Of a stretch of 64,000 nucleotides of DNA, positions 28,553 through 43,880 are shown one piece after another. Within the stretch, counting starts at the first letter, position 1; every line of letters starts with the position of its first letter. The notes under the pieces are model-generated. The model was not told the DNA's origin. It worked only from the letters and a program-made list of their open reading frames with translations, and did not search any database. Source of the DNA: the human T2T-CHM13v2.0 reference genome, Homo sapiens; NCBI RefSeq assembly GCF_009914755.1, contig NC_060925.1. One strand, written 5' to 3'. The translations under genes were made by a program, and so were the position numbers.

Positions 28553-29039
28553 AGCTATCAAACACTTTTAAGGGGAATACATGAGAGATTCCCTGCAAGA
28601 GTTAAACTATTTTGATACCACAGTGAAGGGAGCAGAAAATGACATTGAAATTTCATCAAAGCTATACACCTACACAGGTGAGATTACCACTCATCATGGG
28701 AAAGGATGATGAAAATACAACCAAAAACCTTCATCGAACAATACTCTTTACTACATTTACTAGAAAATCCTAGCAAATTCAAAAATAACATGTGAAATAA
28801 AGCCCTGAACTTTTCATCCTTTAGGAGCAGGAAGTTCTCTTTGGGGATTGGCTGAAGTAGAAGGAGCTCTGCAAGAGCCAGTAAGTGGTTCCTTGTCTGT
28901 GGTTGTTAGCAAAAGAATGACCATGGCTCACCTCAGAGGTCACAGAGAAGGGAGGTAAAGAGGACAGTTAATTTCTTTACCAGGATCTAATTTATCATTT
29001 GGGTTTTCAGAGAATGTGGGAGGTGGCTGTTGGGCTTGT

Positions 29040-29390
29040 TTTCTTTTGCAGCAAAGCTTTTTAGAGCATGACTATGAGGCAGGCATTGTTCCAGGCACCC
29101 TACACTGTTGCACCAAAGTCCCTTAAGAGCTGACGTTCTTGTGGTAAAGACAGATAATAAGCAACTAAATGAAATACTAATACAGATCATGTCAGTCAAT
29201 GAAAGTGATATGAGGAAAATAGGGTAAAAGAGGGGGGCTGGGGAGAACTCGTCTCTGAGGAGGGGACAACTTTGAACGGAGGCCTGGCTGGCACAGCAGG
29301 TGCCATCAGGAGACCTGAGAGAGAATGATCTCTCACACAGAGGCAAAGGGAATAGGAATGTGTGTGGGAGGATTTCCCAGGGAGCCATGA
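29040..29390 (-). mobile_element. L2 fragment
   Basis: ctatgaggcaggcattgttccaggc...ctctgaggaggggacaactttgaac. Confidence 0.55.
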
Positions 29391-29691
29391 AGATGACGTT
29401 CTGGGCTCCACCCTTTATGCCTCTCCAGGGGCCTAGGAGGGGCCTTAGCTATTTTGCATTTGTAATTTCTTTTAAAGACACCCCCCCCTCACCACCAGCC
29501 CACATGCTGCCCACTCTGCCTACCCACACCTAGTTATAGAAGCTTTAGACCCCATAAAACCTGGATCTGCCCCTGAGAACCAGAAGTACAAATATGCTGA
29601 AGTAGGGAACAAGCTTGGTGTAGTCTAAGAGCCTTAAGAAAAAAGAAAATTGGTGTAGACGAGCTGTGCTTAAGATGGAGTTTAATAGTAG

Positions 29692-30520
29692 ATTCATTCA
29701 TTCATTGGTTCATTTATTAAATATCAATTTACTGAGTGCCAGGCACTACTATGAAAAAAATAAGGTCCCTGTCCTAGTGGAGCATCCATTCTAGTAAAGA
29801 GAAACAGAAAATAAACAAATACCTATATAATGTCCCAGGTGACAATGGTTAAAAATGAAATAGGTCAAGGGGGGATATAGGGTTAGGGTACGATGGGGTG
29901 GTAAAGTGTAGCTGTTTTGTAAGGGATGGGAAAGGAAGGGCTCTCACAGTTCTGGTCTGAGCTGAGATCTGGAGGAGGTGAGAGAGTGGGCCATATGGGG
30001 GAAGAATACTCCAGGTGGTGGAATAGCAAATAGAAAGGCCCCCAAACAGGAACATGCTGGGCCTTTTCGAGGAAGGTCCTAGAAATTGAGAAAAGCAGAA
30101 CTAGGTGATGGAGGACCTAGGTAAGGAATTTGGATTTCATTCTATGAGCTGTGGGCAGCCTTTGGACAGCCAGTGCTCTAGAAGTCTAGGGAAGGAGAGA
30201 GCATGGGACATCAGAGGCCTCACAGCTGACTTTAAGATGGGCCTGGAAGTATCCAGTGGGCAGAGTTCAGCATAGAAAGAAGGCCAGTGGCAGCCACTGC
30301 AGGGCCCCAGGCATGGAGCTAGGAAAGGTAACCTGTCTGAGGGCCTTTGACAGACCAGTGCTGCCTGGAGCTGGAGTTCTCTGAGGGAGAGTGCTGGGGA
30401 TGAGGTTGCAAAGGTACCTTTGCCTGAAGCATGGAGAGCCTTGAAGCCAGGCCAGGGGAATTTGATATTTACTAATGTGAATACCTGAGTGCCCTGAGAA
30501 TAGTGGGGACTCCAAAATTT
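29692..30520 (-). mobile_element. L2 3' region
   Basis: attcattcattcatt...tttactgagtgccaggcact...ggtccctgtcctagtggagc...gtaaggaatttggatttcattct. Confidence 0.7.
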
Positions 30521-30929
30521 CTGTCTAGGAGCAATTTAAGGATAGCTCTCAGGTGGAGGGTAGGGGTGATGGAAGGGGTAGAGGATCTGTCTTAGAGCTA
30601 GCAAGCAAAAGATTTTACCTAGGTTGTGTATTTACTTGAGGGTGGTTTTGGGAAAGGGCAGTGGTAAAGTTTTGAGGTCTTGCCCTAAAGCTACACTGCA
30701 TAGCAAACACACTGTTTTTACTTGGATGGTATCCTATTTGGGGTTACTAAGGGGATGGGGATCAATGAAAATTATGGGGCATTAATCCTTGGCTCTGTCC
30801 TGGGAGAATGAAAATTACATAATGAAAGGTGTGATTTAGAAAGGTGGTCAAGAGTGAGTGTGGGGAGGCATTCACTCATTCATCCATTCATCCACTTAGC
30901 AATTGTTTATGAATACTCCAATGTGCCAA

Positions 30930-31430
30930 GTGGCAGAATGGAACTTGTATATTCCTGTGTTCACACTCTGTTCCTACCACTTACTACTTGTGTCATCTTG
31001 GGCAGCTTTTATTTAATCTCTTAGAACCTCAGTTTCCTTGTCTATAGAATAATAATACCAGCAGTCCCCTCTTATCTGTGTGGGATATGTTCCAAGATGC
31101 CCACTGGATGCCAAAAACCATGGATAACACTGAGCCCTATATTTACTATGTTTCCTACACATGTGTACCTATGACAACAATAATAACTAGTAAGATAGGA
31201 CAATTATATTAATATACCGTAATAAAAGTCGTGTGAATACAGTCATGATCCCTCTCTCTCAAAAGATTGTTATACTGTACCACATGTAACTGAAACAGTA
31301 GAAAGTGAAACTGTGGATAAAGGGGGACTGTTGTAACATGCCTACCCTAGTGGTGCTTGTGATTAGAGAGAATGTGCATACAGTGTCCAACCCAGTGCTT
31401 GGCACCTAGTAGGTGCTCAATAAATGGTGG
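30930..31430 (+). mobile_element. MIR split by MER44A
   Basis: cctcagtttccttgtctatagaataata | cagtgcttggcacctagtaggtgctcaataaatgg. Confidence 0.8.
31059..31333 (-). mobile_element. MER44A-like Tigger MITE
   Basis: Termini cagcagtcccctcttatc / gataaagggggactgttg. Confidence 0.8.
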
Positions 31431-31842
31431 CGCCTACTGGGTTGCAGTAGATGGAGAGTACTGTAGGCAGAAAGTTGTTACTGTGGCAGCACAGATTTCC
31501 CACAGTAAGGGCCTTCATTAGGGCAAGGGTGAGGTTTGTAGGGCAGGAGATAGTTTTGAGAGGCTTGGAAGAACATCTTGAATAGGACTTGGGTCCTGAA
31601 GGATAAGATGATAATGTGAAGATAATATGAAGGTCTTCAGCAGAGAAAATGTGGAACTAGATGCCCAAACAAGAAGGAAAATTGGGAAGAAAGTAGACTG
31701 GGGAAGGAGTCACACTTTAGGTTGAATCTGGGGCAGCAGCCAAGTGGAGAGAGTCTCTAGATTTGGAGAATACAGTGGTTTGCAGGAGTGAGACCTGGGC
31801 TAAGCAGACACATTGATTTTAATATCACTGTGATGGCATACT

Positions 31843-32266
31843 AGTCAGGATACAAACTTGGTTGCTATAACAAAGACTCCCAGATAACAGTGACATATGT
31901 AAGAGAGATGTCAGAGTAATCCATGCAGGGCTTTGGATCCTTGTCCTTTTGCTCCACTTTTACTAATTGGTAGCCCTCATTTGAATGGGCCAAGGTGGCA
32001 CGTCAGTGTGCCTACATTCCACTCCCAGGGAGGGGGAGATGGGAAAAAGTGAGGGCACACCCAGCTCATTTGAGGGCACAACCTAGATACTGCAAACCCA
32101 ACTTCTCACATTCTGCAGGCCAGACTTGGTCATATGGTCACACCTAGCTGCAAGGGAGGCTGGACAATGTATACTTTATTCCAAGAGGCCTGATTCTTAG
32201 CTACAGTTCTATTATTTTGGAAGAGGGAAGAACAGATATTCAGGACAGCTAGCAATCTCTGCCATA
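31843..32266 (-). mobile_element. Old MLT1 (J/I-like) MaLR LTR
   Basis: ggccagacttggtcatatggtcacacctagctgcaagggaggctgg...cagctagcaatctctgccata. Confidence 0.8.
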
Positions 32267-32330
32267 AGCAGTGTTAAATAAAGACCTGAGATTGGATGAG
32301 AACATGGAGAAAAAGAGTGTGACAGAAGTA

Positions 32331-32656
32331 TGGTCTGCCCTCAGTATCCATGGGTTTTTGCATCCATGGATTCAACCAACCTGGGATCAAAATTATTGGA
32401 AAAAACATTGTGTCTGTACAGGCATTTTTTTCTTGTCATTACTTCCTAAACAATACAGTATAACAGCTATTTACATGAAATTAACATTGTATTATGTATT
32501 ATAAGTAACCTGGAGATGACTTAAAGTATATGGGAGCGTGTGCATAGGTGATGTCCAAATAGTATGCCATTTTATGTCAGGGACTTGATCATCCTTGGAT
32601 TTTGGTATCTGTTGGGGGTCCTGGAACCAATCCCCCAAGATACCAAGGGACGACTG
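32331..32656 (-). mobile_element. MER2 Tigger MITE
   Basis: ccctcagtatccatggg...gtcctggaaccaatccccc...gggacgactg with TA flanks. Confidence 0.9.
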
Positions 32657-35386
32657 TAATTAGTTGGATTCCATTATGGCAATGGAGAAAGACCTAAGAA
32701 GTTAACGAAAAACATGGAAGATAGACAAGTAGGCAAAATGGGATGGTGTGGGTTGTGGGATGGAGCAGTGGTTAGCTGTGTCTGATCCTGCAAAATGCAA
32801 GAGAATTCCATTTGGTGATTAGTAACATATTGGGTGGTGACAAGCAAAGTCTGGACTGCAGAGGTTAAGGCATAGACAATTAGAGGCAGTGGACGTGGAT
32901 TAGGCTAGAGAGGTTTGGCAAACACAAGGACCTTGGAAACTCCAAGGGCCAGCCAGGTTACGTGAAATTAAGTTCAAATGTCTGAAGGGGTTTACAGATA
33001 TTAATTTTACTTTTTTTCCTAATTAGGAAGAAGCTTTAAAAAAATCCTCTTAACTACAAGGACCTAATCCTTTTGGGGAGTTTGCTAATATAAGCATAAA
33101 TTTTTTCTTTGGCAGTTTTTTTCCCCATCTCCCTCAGATAACCTTATCTCAATTTTGAATCAGAAATCTTATTTATAGCTTTTCTGGAGAGAATTATTTC
33201 AAAGGGGGCAGATTCTTTGCCCTTTGGACTTATTTTCTTTTTAAGAACAGATAAGTTATCCCTCGTTTTTCTCAGGAGAGACAGTTAAATTATTAATTTA
33301 AAAATAATGATTTTGAGCTGAAAGGGGGCGTAAATCAAAGTTGGAGAAATAAATCCAGCTGCTTCCTGTTTTTGTGTTTCTTTTCTTCTTATTCTTCTTC
33401 TTTTGAAGGGAAACTAAAAATGCCAAAGTTTCATTTATCCCCCAGGACCAGAAGAGAACTTAGCACAGCTCACAATCCTTAATAGACCTGGAATGAAACT
33501 GGGAATGGCATGGCCTTCCAGGATCCTTCCTTCCACCCTCTAGCTTTCCCCCACCACCGTAGCAGTTTCCATTTTTACCGTTATCCCAAGTACATTGCCA
33601 AGCAAGTGTGACTCAGGGGCTCTCTCGGCTAGAAGGCCTCTGAGCCTAGTTTTGAAGGCCATCTGAGTCCTAGGCCTTTGTGCGTGACCCATAATTATCT
33701 CTGCAAAGATGTGTCCGTTGAGTACTTATATGGGAAGAGAAGGCAGAAGGGCAGCTGCAGCACTCCCTGCACCTGGTGACTCGCTCTGCTGGCCTCAGCC
33801 CATGGGGATGAGGCCCATGTAGGTGGTGGTAGTTCTGGTGCTCCCAGCCCTGTTAGAGCATGTGCAGTCTGGAGATCAGATGAGATGGGTTTGAGGCCTC
33901 TGAGCTTACACACACACTGGATGTTAGGAAAAGGAACTGTCACGGATGTTTCACAGGCATTGAGTGGGCAACTAGTCTGAGTCCCACAGTGAGTCCCTGT
34001 CTCTGAATACATTTCTTCTGTATCGCTCTAGCTGGGTGGCTGGTCCTCCTCAGCTGATCAGTCCCAGCAGAGCTCATTTCTAAAGAGGCCAGGGAGTCAC
34101 TGATCAGCAGAGCTCAGCCCTCAGGAAGCTGAAGAGGAAAGTGGATGGAACCAGTGGCCCCAAGAGCAACAATCCCAGATTCTTACCCAAGCCCTGGAAG
34201 CTAACTCGTAGGGTCATTGAGGAGTGAGTGAGTTAACGCAGGTGAAGGGCTTGACATAGTACATAGCACATTGTAAGCATTTAAGAAACATTGGCTGTTA
34301 TTTATTATCAGCTGGACCCAAGGCAGTGGCCCAAATTCCCTTAATTCCCACTAATTCAGTGTGTCTGAGGGGTCCTTAATACTGGCATTGATTTACTTTG
34401 TGAATCACTCACAAACATTGTGATGCCTTGTGGAAAATGCTTGTGGAACCAACTCTGTTGAGAAAGACATTTTTAAAACTTAAGTTTTTAAATATTTTGA
34501 AAGCAATAGATGCCTGTAGTGAAAGAATTCGAACCTGACTGAAGAGTATAAAGAAATAAGTCTTCTCCCACTTTTCCCCTAATTCTCAGTCCTATTTCTT
34601 AAACTTCAAAATGGTTACTTGGATATCCTTCTGAAACTTTAATGTAATGGAGTTGAAAACACTACCTTGCAGATATGCTAAGAAAATGTAGCATCTATTT
34701 TATTAATTAACTACTTTTCCCCAAGTGCTACCTCCTTCCTAGTTGGGGAGGGCCAATAGAAGTGGGTAATAGAGTTGAATTTAAGCCCTGGCATCTGGAC
34801 TTGACATCCTCTGCTTCAGGTCTGGCTGGGCGTCTTGGGCTGGTGTCTGTTAAGGAAGTCTATGGCTGGTGAACTTGTAGGCAGTTCTCCTGGTAGAGAT
34901 TATATGCAATGACAAATGTAGCAAACATCTCCTATCACCATCGGCTCCTTCTGCATTTTCCTGAGAACAGTGGTAGCCTTGGAGTACCTTCCTGCAGCCT
35001 GAATGTGCTCAACTGCCAGTGTTACTATGTCGTTGTAATTTCATGCAACTGCAGGATCTTTGGGTATGGGGGTCCCTCTGTCCCCCGAGGAATTCCTAGT
35101 GGGAAGTAGGGTACATGCTCCAAGCAGCTTTCTCTTAACAAACATAACTCTGACCCTCTTCATCTTTCTGGAATTTCATTCCCATGTGGGAGATGCGAAT
35201 CCATGATGCCAACAAGCAAACCTCTTCTTTTTCCTTCTCCTGTTGCCCCAACAACAGAGGATGAGGACCCCCCCTTGCATCCTATTCTCCTCCTGCCCTC
35301 ATTGTCCCACCTTCCCTGAGGGAGTGGGAGAGTGGCTGCTGGGAAGGGAATGGAAAGCACATGGGTTGCATATCTTCAAAACATGA

Positions 35387-35960
<574 letters not shown>

Positions 35961-36337
35961 ATGTCTGAAAAATACTTTATGCCCTCTGCCTATGTTTTCT
36001 TTCCTCTTCCTTTGCAAATTTCCTTACTTGTCACCTAGTGTACAATCAATAGTATGACAGTTAACTTATTCTTTTTTGTGAGTCCCGCAGATACTCTCCA
36101 TGCCTCCTGTATGCCTGTAATCCTTTGCTTAACAATTTGACAACGAGAACATAGGATTATGGTTTCGGGGGAAGAAGCAGCAATAATGGCAGTTAAATTT
36201 TCAATTCCCCAGGTGCATATGTCTTCCTTAAGTGCATACTCTGAGTCCCAAGTGAGAGGAGAACATATTTAGAAAGAATTGTAAATTATTTCTCTTTGCC
36301 AAGAGGAAGGGAAGGAGGGTCAAATTACGTGGTTGAT

Positions 36338-37165
36338 CAGTTAGGATAAATCCTGAATATGGTAGCTTCCACAATTTAAAGTTTTATCCTCTTACATAAA
36401 AGAGGTCTGGATGTAGGTGGCAGTCCAATGCTCATATAGTGGATCTATGAAATCATATCTTTCTGCTACACCTATGTCCGTAGTATGTAGTTTTTACCCT
36501 TAGGACCACAAAATAGCTGCTGGCACTCCATCCATCACATCAACATTCCAGGCAGGGAAAAGTAAAAGGGTAAAGGACAAATGAAGCATATGTCAGCTAT
36601 CTGTCTGCCTTTTTAGGAGCTTTCACAGCATCCCACATAACACTTCTTTTTGCATCTCACTGAACAGAACTTGGTCACATGCCCACATCTACCTGTACCT
36701 AGGCACAGTGCCATCCTGAATAAAACTAGAGATCTGTTAGTAAAGAATAAGGGAAGAGTTGTGTATTAGTCTGTTCTCACACTGCTAATAAAGACATACC
36801 CGAGACTCGGTAATTTATAAAGGAAAGAGATTTAATTGACTCACAGTTCAGCATGGCTTAGGAGGCCTCAGGAAACTTACAATCATGACTGAAGGGGAAG
36901 CAAACATGTCCTTCTTCACAAGCAGCAAGGAGAAGAAGAATGAACAAAAGGGGGAAAAGCCCCTTATAAAACCATCAGATCTTGTGAGAACTCACTCACT
37001 GTCATGAGAAGAGCAGGAGGGTAACCACCCCCATGATTCAATTACGTCCCACTAGGTCCCTCCAATGACACGTGGGGATTAGGGGAACAAGATAAGATTT
37101 GGGTGGGGACACAGCCAAACCATATCAAGATGATACTGGGTAGACAGCTAGCAGTAACTGTCTCT
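36338..37165 (-). mobile_element. Old MLT1 (J/K-like) LTR split by THE1C
   Basis: aaaatagctgctggcactcc...cagaacttggtcacatgccc...ctgttagtaaagaa | gatactgggtagacagctagcag. Confidence 0.75.
36762..37127 (-). mobile_element. THE1C-like MaLR solo LTR, TSD AGTTG/AGATG
   Basis: tgtattagtctgttctcacactgctaataaagacatacc...ggggacacagccaaaccatatca. Confidence 0.93.
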
Positions 37166-37699
37166 TGTGATTTGATCCATGGTTTGGATTTCTCCTTTCA
37201 CCGAGTGCTGACATATGGGTAATAGTTGCTACTCAGAGCAGAGATGTGCAATGGCTTCAGTTGATTTCCTCACCCTCCCCCATCGTCTGGGTTTCTTCCT
37301 CCTTCCTTCTAAGGATCTTGCCTCCTGAATGATCAGGGAACCCCAGTGTAGCATTTGGCCATAATGTAGAAGCATATCACATGTTTAAAGTTTCTTTTTC
37401 TCAACCTCTTCTTCAAAACTTATCTGTTGTGTGCACCATCTTTGCTGGGCACAGTTAGACAGCCGGCTTGCTACCCGAATCAACATGAGCTAAGGAGCTA
37501 GGATTCACTGGCTTCCCATTCCAGCTCCAGTTCCCATTGCCCTCCTTACCCTTCCAAGTCCTTACCCTCCAGCTGTGCCAAATCCCCTGCCTTGGATTCT
37601 TCATGTCCTTCAATAAGTCCAGACACTTGCACCAGCAGCCCCTTCAACCTGGAGTGTCCTCCTCATCCCTTCACTTCTTCTGCAGCCCATTCCCAGCGT

Positions 37700-37978
37700 T
37701 CTCTGCTCATTTTAAATGACCCATTTTGAGCATCACCTCCCACGAGAAGGCCTCTCTAATCCCTTAGCATCACTATCCGCTTTTGATGTCACAGAGTCCC
37801 CCAAATGCACTGCTGTGACAGCATGTATCACACTGGGTCATCAGAGTTAACACACAAGCCCATTTCCCCCAGGTAGACCCTGCACTTTTCCAGGGCAGGA
37901 CAGTAAATTTACCACACAACCTCTTACATCTAAAAGAAACGTTGTTACTCATTGTTGAATGAAAGAGAATGAATGACA
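37700..37978 (+). mobile_element. L2 3' fragment
   Basis: catcacctcccacgagaaggcctctct...ttgttgaatgaaagagaatgaatga. Confidence 0.55.
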
Positions 37979-38802
37979 ACTTTCAGTACTTAGATCTACA
38001 GAGAGAATAAAAGAATTTTCCCTCTGGTGGGGAGATCTTTTGGGAACGGGAGACCTTCCCACAGCCGTGTTGTGATGAAGGTATCTCCTTACTTCGTCGA
38101 AGCACGAGCATGCTTGGAATTGCTGTTATATTAAAGTTCCCAACAGCAGCTCTGTGGTCAAGACCGTCAAGGGAGAAGGTCTTAGTTTGTGCAGCTGAAG
38201 GGACTCATGAGACATCATCAGCCACTTGAATAAAATGCTGGGCTTTCTATAATGGTTTATTTTTGAATAGGAACAGGTCCTTGGCACTAATCCTGTTTGA
38301 ATCCTGGAGCTCTGTTTAGCAGAAAGATGAGCCGGAGACCTCAGGTTACATTTGTTGCTCAAGTTTGACCAGACACTTGTGTAAGTGTGTGTCATGCCGG
38401 ACTTTGCTTAAGTAATTAACATTCCTGTCAAGGCTCCTTAAAAGGGTCCTGTGTTATAGAGCCCCTCAAAAGGCTGATTTAAAACTTTGAACTCTCAGCC
38501 TTTCCATTCATTGCCAATTACTGATATGCTTAAATTTCATTTTTCTAAAAAAATACAAAAAGGATTAGGTTTTTGAGGAGAAATGTTTATTATTAGGAGA
38601 ACCAACCTTGGAAAGTAAGGTGATTTTGAAAGAAGAGAGTAAGTGTAGAAGTGGTATTAGAGAATGTGTTGAGGAGGGAGTCTGAAAATATTTTTTAAAT
38701 TAGGAAACAGGAGAATTAACATGACTATGACAACAGCTTTCAAATGTTTTAGGGACTGTCATGAGGATAAGCAATTTGATGTACCAGAGGGCTGAACTAG
38801 CA

Positions 38803-38908
38803 TTTTCTTTTCTTTCTTACCTTTCCTTTCTTTTTTCTTTCTCTTTTTCCCTTTCCTTCTTCCCTCCATTCATCCTTTCCTCCTTTTTGACATTCCCTCT
38901 TTTTTTTT
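38803..38908. repeat. CT-rich low-complexity tract
   Basis: Read directly. Confidence 0.8.
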
Positions 38909-38945
38909 AAACTCCCCTTAAGCTCCTTTAATATTATAAGGTCTG

Positions 38946-40063
<1,118 letters not shown>

Positions 40064-40139
40064 ATTATAAGGTCTGTAAGAATAGGAGATGGATCTAACT
40101 TGTTAACAGAGCTCCTCTTGAATAAGTGAACGAAGAAAT

Positions 40140-40830
40140 GAATGTTATTACAATGTGCCAAGCACTGAGAATACGGAGATGAAAGACATAAGCTAGAAAA
40201 GAAAAATGACAAATGGTTCACTGCAATCTGGAGATGTTAAGTACCTGGAGATGTAAGTACAGAACTGCTAAGGGAGTGGGAGAGGGTAGGTGTCTGCCCC
40301 TAACTGCAGAAGGAGGAGAAGAGGACTGAGAAAAGCCTCCCTGGAGTTGGTGATGATTTAACTGCATCTCAAATAATGATCAGACATCCATCAGATGAGG
40401 GAGCGGGGAGAGTGCCTCAGGCAGGGTCAAATGTGAGCAGAGCCGGGAGTGGAGAGTGTCACGATGGAGGCTGAGCTACCTGTGGGAAAGTCAAAGGTGG
40501 GTCTGATGGGAGATGATGCTAGGTGAGGTCAGTGGGGCCACACAGTGTATAGCAAGTGAAGGAATGTGGGTTCCATCTGGATGTGATGGGATACACCCGT
40601 GGATTTTAAGCAGGAGGCCGACTGGTAACTGCGTGAAGGGCACCTCTGAGGGGAAGGAGAAAATTCAGGAGCTGTTCAGTAGACCAGGCAAGATGGTTCT
40701 CAAGACCAGGTGAAGGCTGGAACTTGGACATATAGGGTAGAGATTGGAGAAGAAGGGACAGATATGAGAAGTATTAGGACTTCCTTCTTGTTCGGGTTGG
40801 TTGACTAGATAGACGATAGTGCCTGGTGTA
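40140..40830 (-). mobile_element. L2 fragment
   Basis: aatgtgccaagcactg...ggattttaagcagg...gggacagatatgagaagtatt. Confidence 0.6.
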
Positions 40831-41057
40831 CACTAGACAGTGAGTTTCTCAGTTATAGATGACATCTGTTATCTTTACACCCTTAATCTCTATATCAGTA
40901 TCTGATACCTAGTAAGGTTTGAACTTTAATACTGTTTTCTTAACAAGTGCTTTAATTAATAAATTATTTCATGATAGTAACTTAATGTGCCATATGTGAC
41001 AAAGAGTGCTATTTTTTTTCTCCTAATATCTATTTCTCTTTTAGAAAAATAATTCTG

Positions 41058-41820
<763 letters not shown>

Positions 41821-42809
41821 ACACTTAGGAAGTGTTCAGGTATGTAATCTCTTTTGACTTTAACAGCTACTCTGTAAGATATGATCATCCTTATTTGACA
41901 AGTGAGGAAACTGAGATTCAGAGGTATTATTTGATTTCTTTAGGGGCATATAGCCACCTAAGTCTTCTGACAGAGTTCACAGCTCTTTGCTACCAGATCC
42001 CACTTCCCTTAGCAGGCACACAGCAAATGCTTATTAAATGGAATTCGCCCAAACTGCACTGTGTTTCTATACCTGCTTTGGGTTGGGTTTCATAGCAAGA
42101 GTTCAGTGTCTTGTTGGCTTCCCTGGGATAAATAAAATCAATTCTATCCTCTTTCTTCATACATATACCTACATATGTATATGTGTGTTTATATAAAAAC
42201 TGACATAGCAGTCTGAATTCAACTTACCCATTCCACCAATTCTTCATCAAATATTTATACAAATCTTATTGTATGTCTAGAACTGTGCCAGGAGTAGTGA
42301 AAACAAAAATAAACAAAAATAAATAAATCACATTCCCTTCCCCACTCGGAGCTTACAGTTGATCTTCGAGGGTTCTGACGAATTTATTTCCCTTCCTAAT
42401 TCTGAGGTGATAGTAGATTAATATGCCACTTTATCAGTTTGTATGAAATTAGTTGGGCTTTTCAAAGAAAGCCCATACCCTCAGCAGTGGGGCAGTTTTG
42501 ATGGCACACCATGTGCTGATATTAACACGTGGTGGTCTGATTTAAGTTGTGATTCTTGGTTTCTGGATGTGTGCTGTCACATTTCACCTACTGTGTCTGA
42601 GCACCTGGTTATGTGGGCCAGAGGCATGACCTGAAGCTTCAGCAACTTTTTGAGAACTGAGGATGAGTTTCTAAGCTGGGCCTTAAGATGCTTCGCAGTT
42701 GAAAACCTAGGCAAGGGATGTGCTAAGAGTTTGCTTAGGTGTGAAGTCTGTGTTCAACTTTCCTTATGGCCTTATCTCTCAACAGGTACAAGGAAATAAA
42801 AAGAAAGTT

Positions 42810-43030
42810 CTAGTATTATGATTGTTTGTTGAACACTTTTAAATATGGCATGCACTTTACATACTATCATTTCATTCTAAGAACTCCATGAAGTATCATC
42901 ATCTGTATTTTACAGATGAAAAAACTGAGATTCAGAGAAGTTAAGAAATTTGCCCAACGTTAACACAGCTGGTAAATGGCAGAGCTCAAATCCAGCTCTA
43001 TATGACTCCAAAGCTCCACACTAAACTGGC
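42810..43030 (-). mobile_element. MIR
   Basis: attttacagatgaaaaaactgagattcagagaagttaag. Confidence 0.85.
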
Positions 43031-43619
43031 CCGCCTTCTTTGGTTACTTTAGATGTGTGTATTTACAATCCATCCTCATTGAGGCTGGACCAGAAGAGTG
43101 AGACCACCTTGCTTCTCGGCACTTGCTCATGGCAAAAGTTGCCAGTACTAACTGGTTACTACGATGAAGAGTGTTGTCGTTGGAAACTTTAGTAATAGTG
43201 TTTCTGCATTTAACATCTCCCCAGACATTACATTTGCTTAGGAAAAAAACCAACTTGTTAAACCTGTCTTAGCAAACTGACCACAATTTGTAATATTTTC
43301 TTTAAAGGAAGAAAAATTAAACCCTGAGTTTCCAAAATCCCATAAAGACAGTGGAAGGGCTCTTTCCACCAGGGACTTGCGTAGTTGCATGTTGTTGCCT
43401 CCGAGAATTGAAAGTGTTTAAAGCATTATTTTATTCTATTGTGCTGTTATCACCTCAATCAGTATAATTCTACACTTTTATTTCCTGGTCTAGGGACTCA
43501 GTTTTGATGAGATTTATTGCTTTAAAGAGGATAGCCCTTTTTTGGAGACTATTTAGTTTCAGATTAGTTGACAAAGTAACGAACAAGCTTGGGGTGATCT
43601 TGAACTAAATAAACGTCAT

Positions 43620-43880
43620 GGGAGGCAGTGGTGCTATCAATGAATACCGCAAGGACTGTGGAGTCAGGTAAACCTGGCTCCTCTATTCACTAACTGTGTG
43701 ATCTTATACAAGTCACTAAACCTCTCTAAGCCTCAGTTTATTCCCCTTTAAAGTGGGGATAGGACTGTTACTGATAGTAACCCCTTGTAGGATTGTTATG
43801 AGGATTAAATCCGATGTTAGAGCTTGGGTGTAGTGCCTGACACAGGGCAAATGCTGAACACCTGCCACTCATGGTTCGTT
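43620..43880 (+). mobile_element. MIR
   Basis: ctgtgtgatctta...aagtcactaaacctctctaagcctcagttt...gttatgaggattaaat. Confidence 0.85.
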
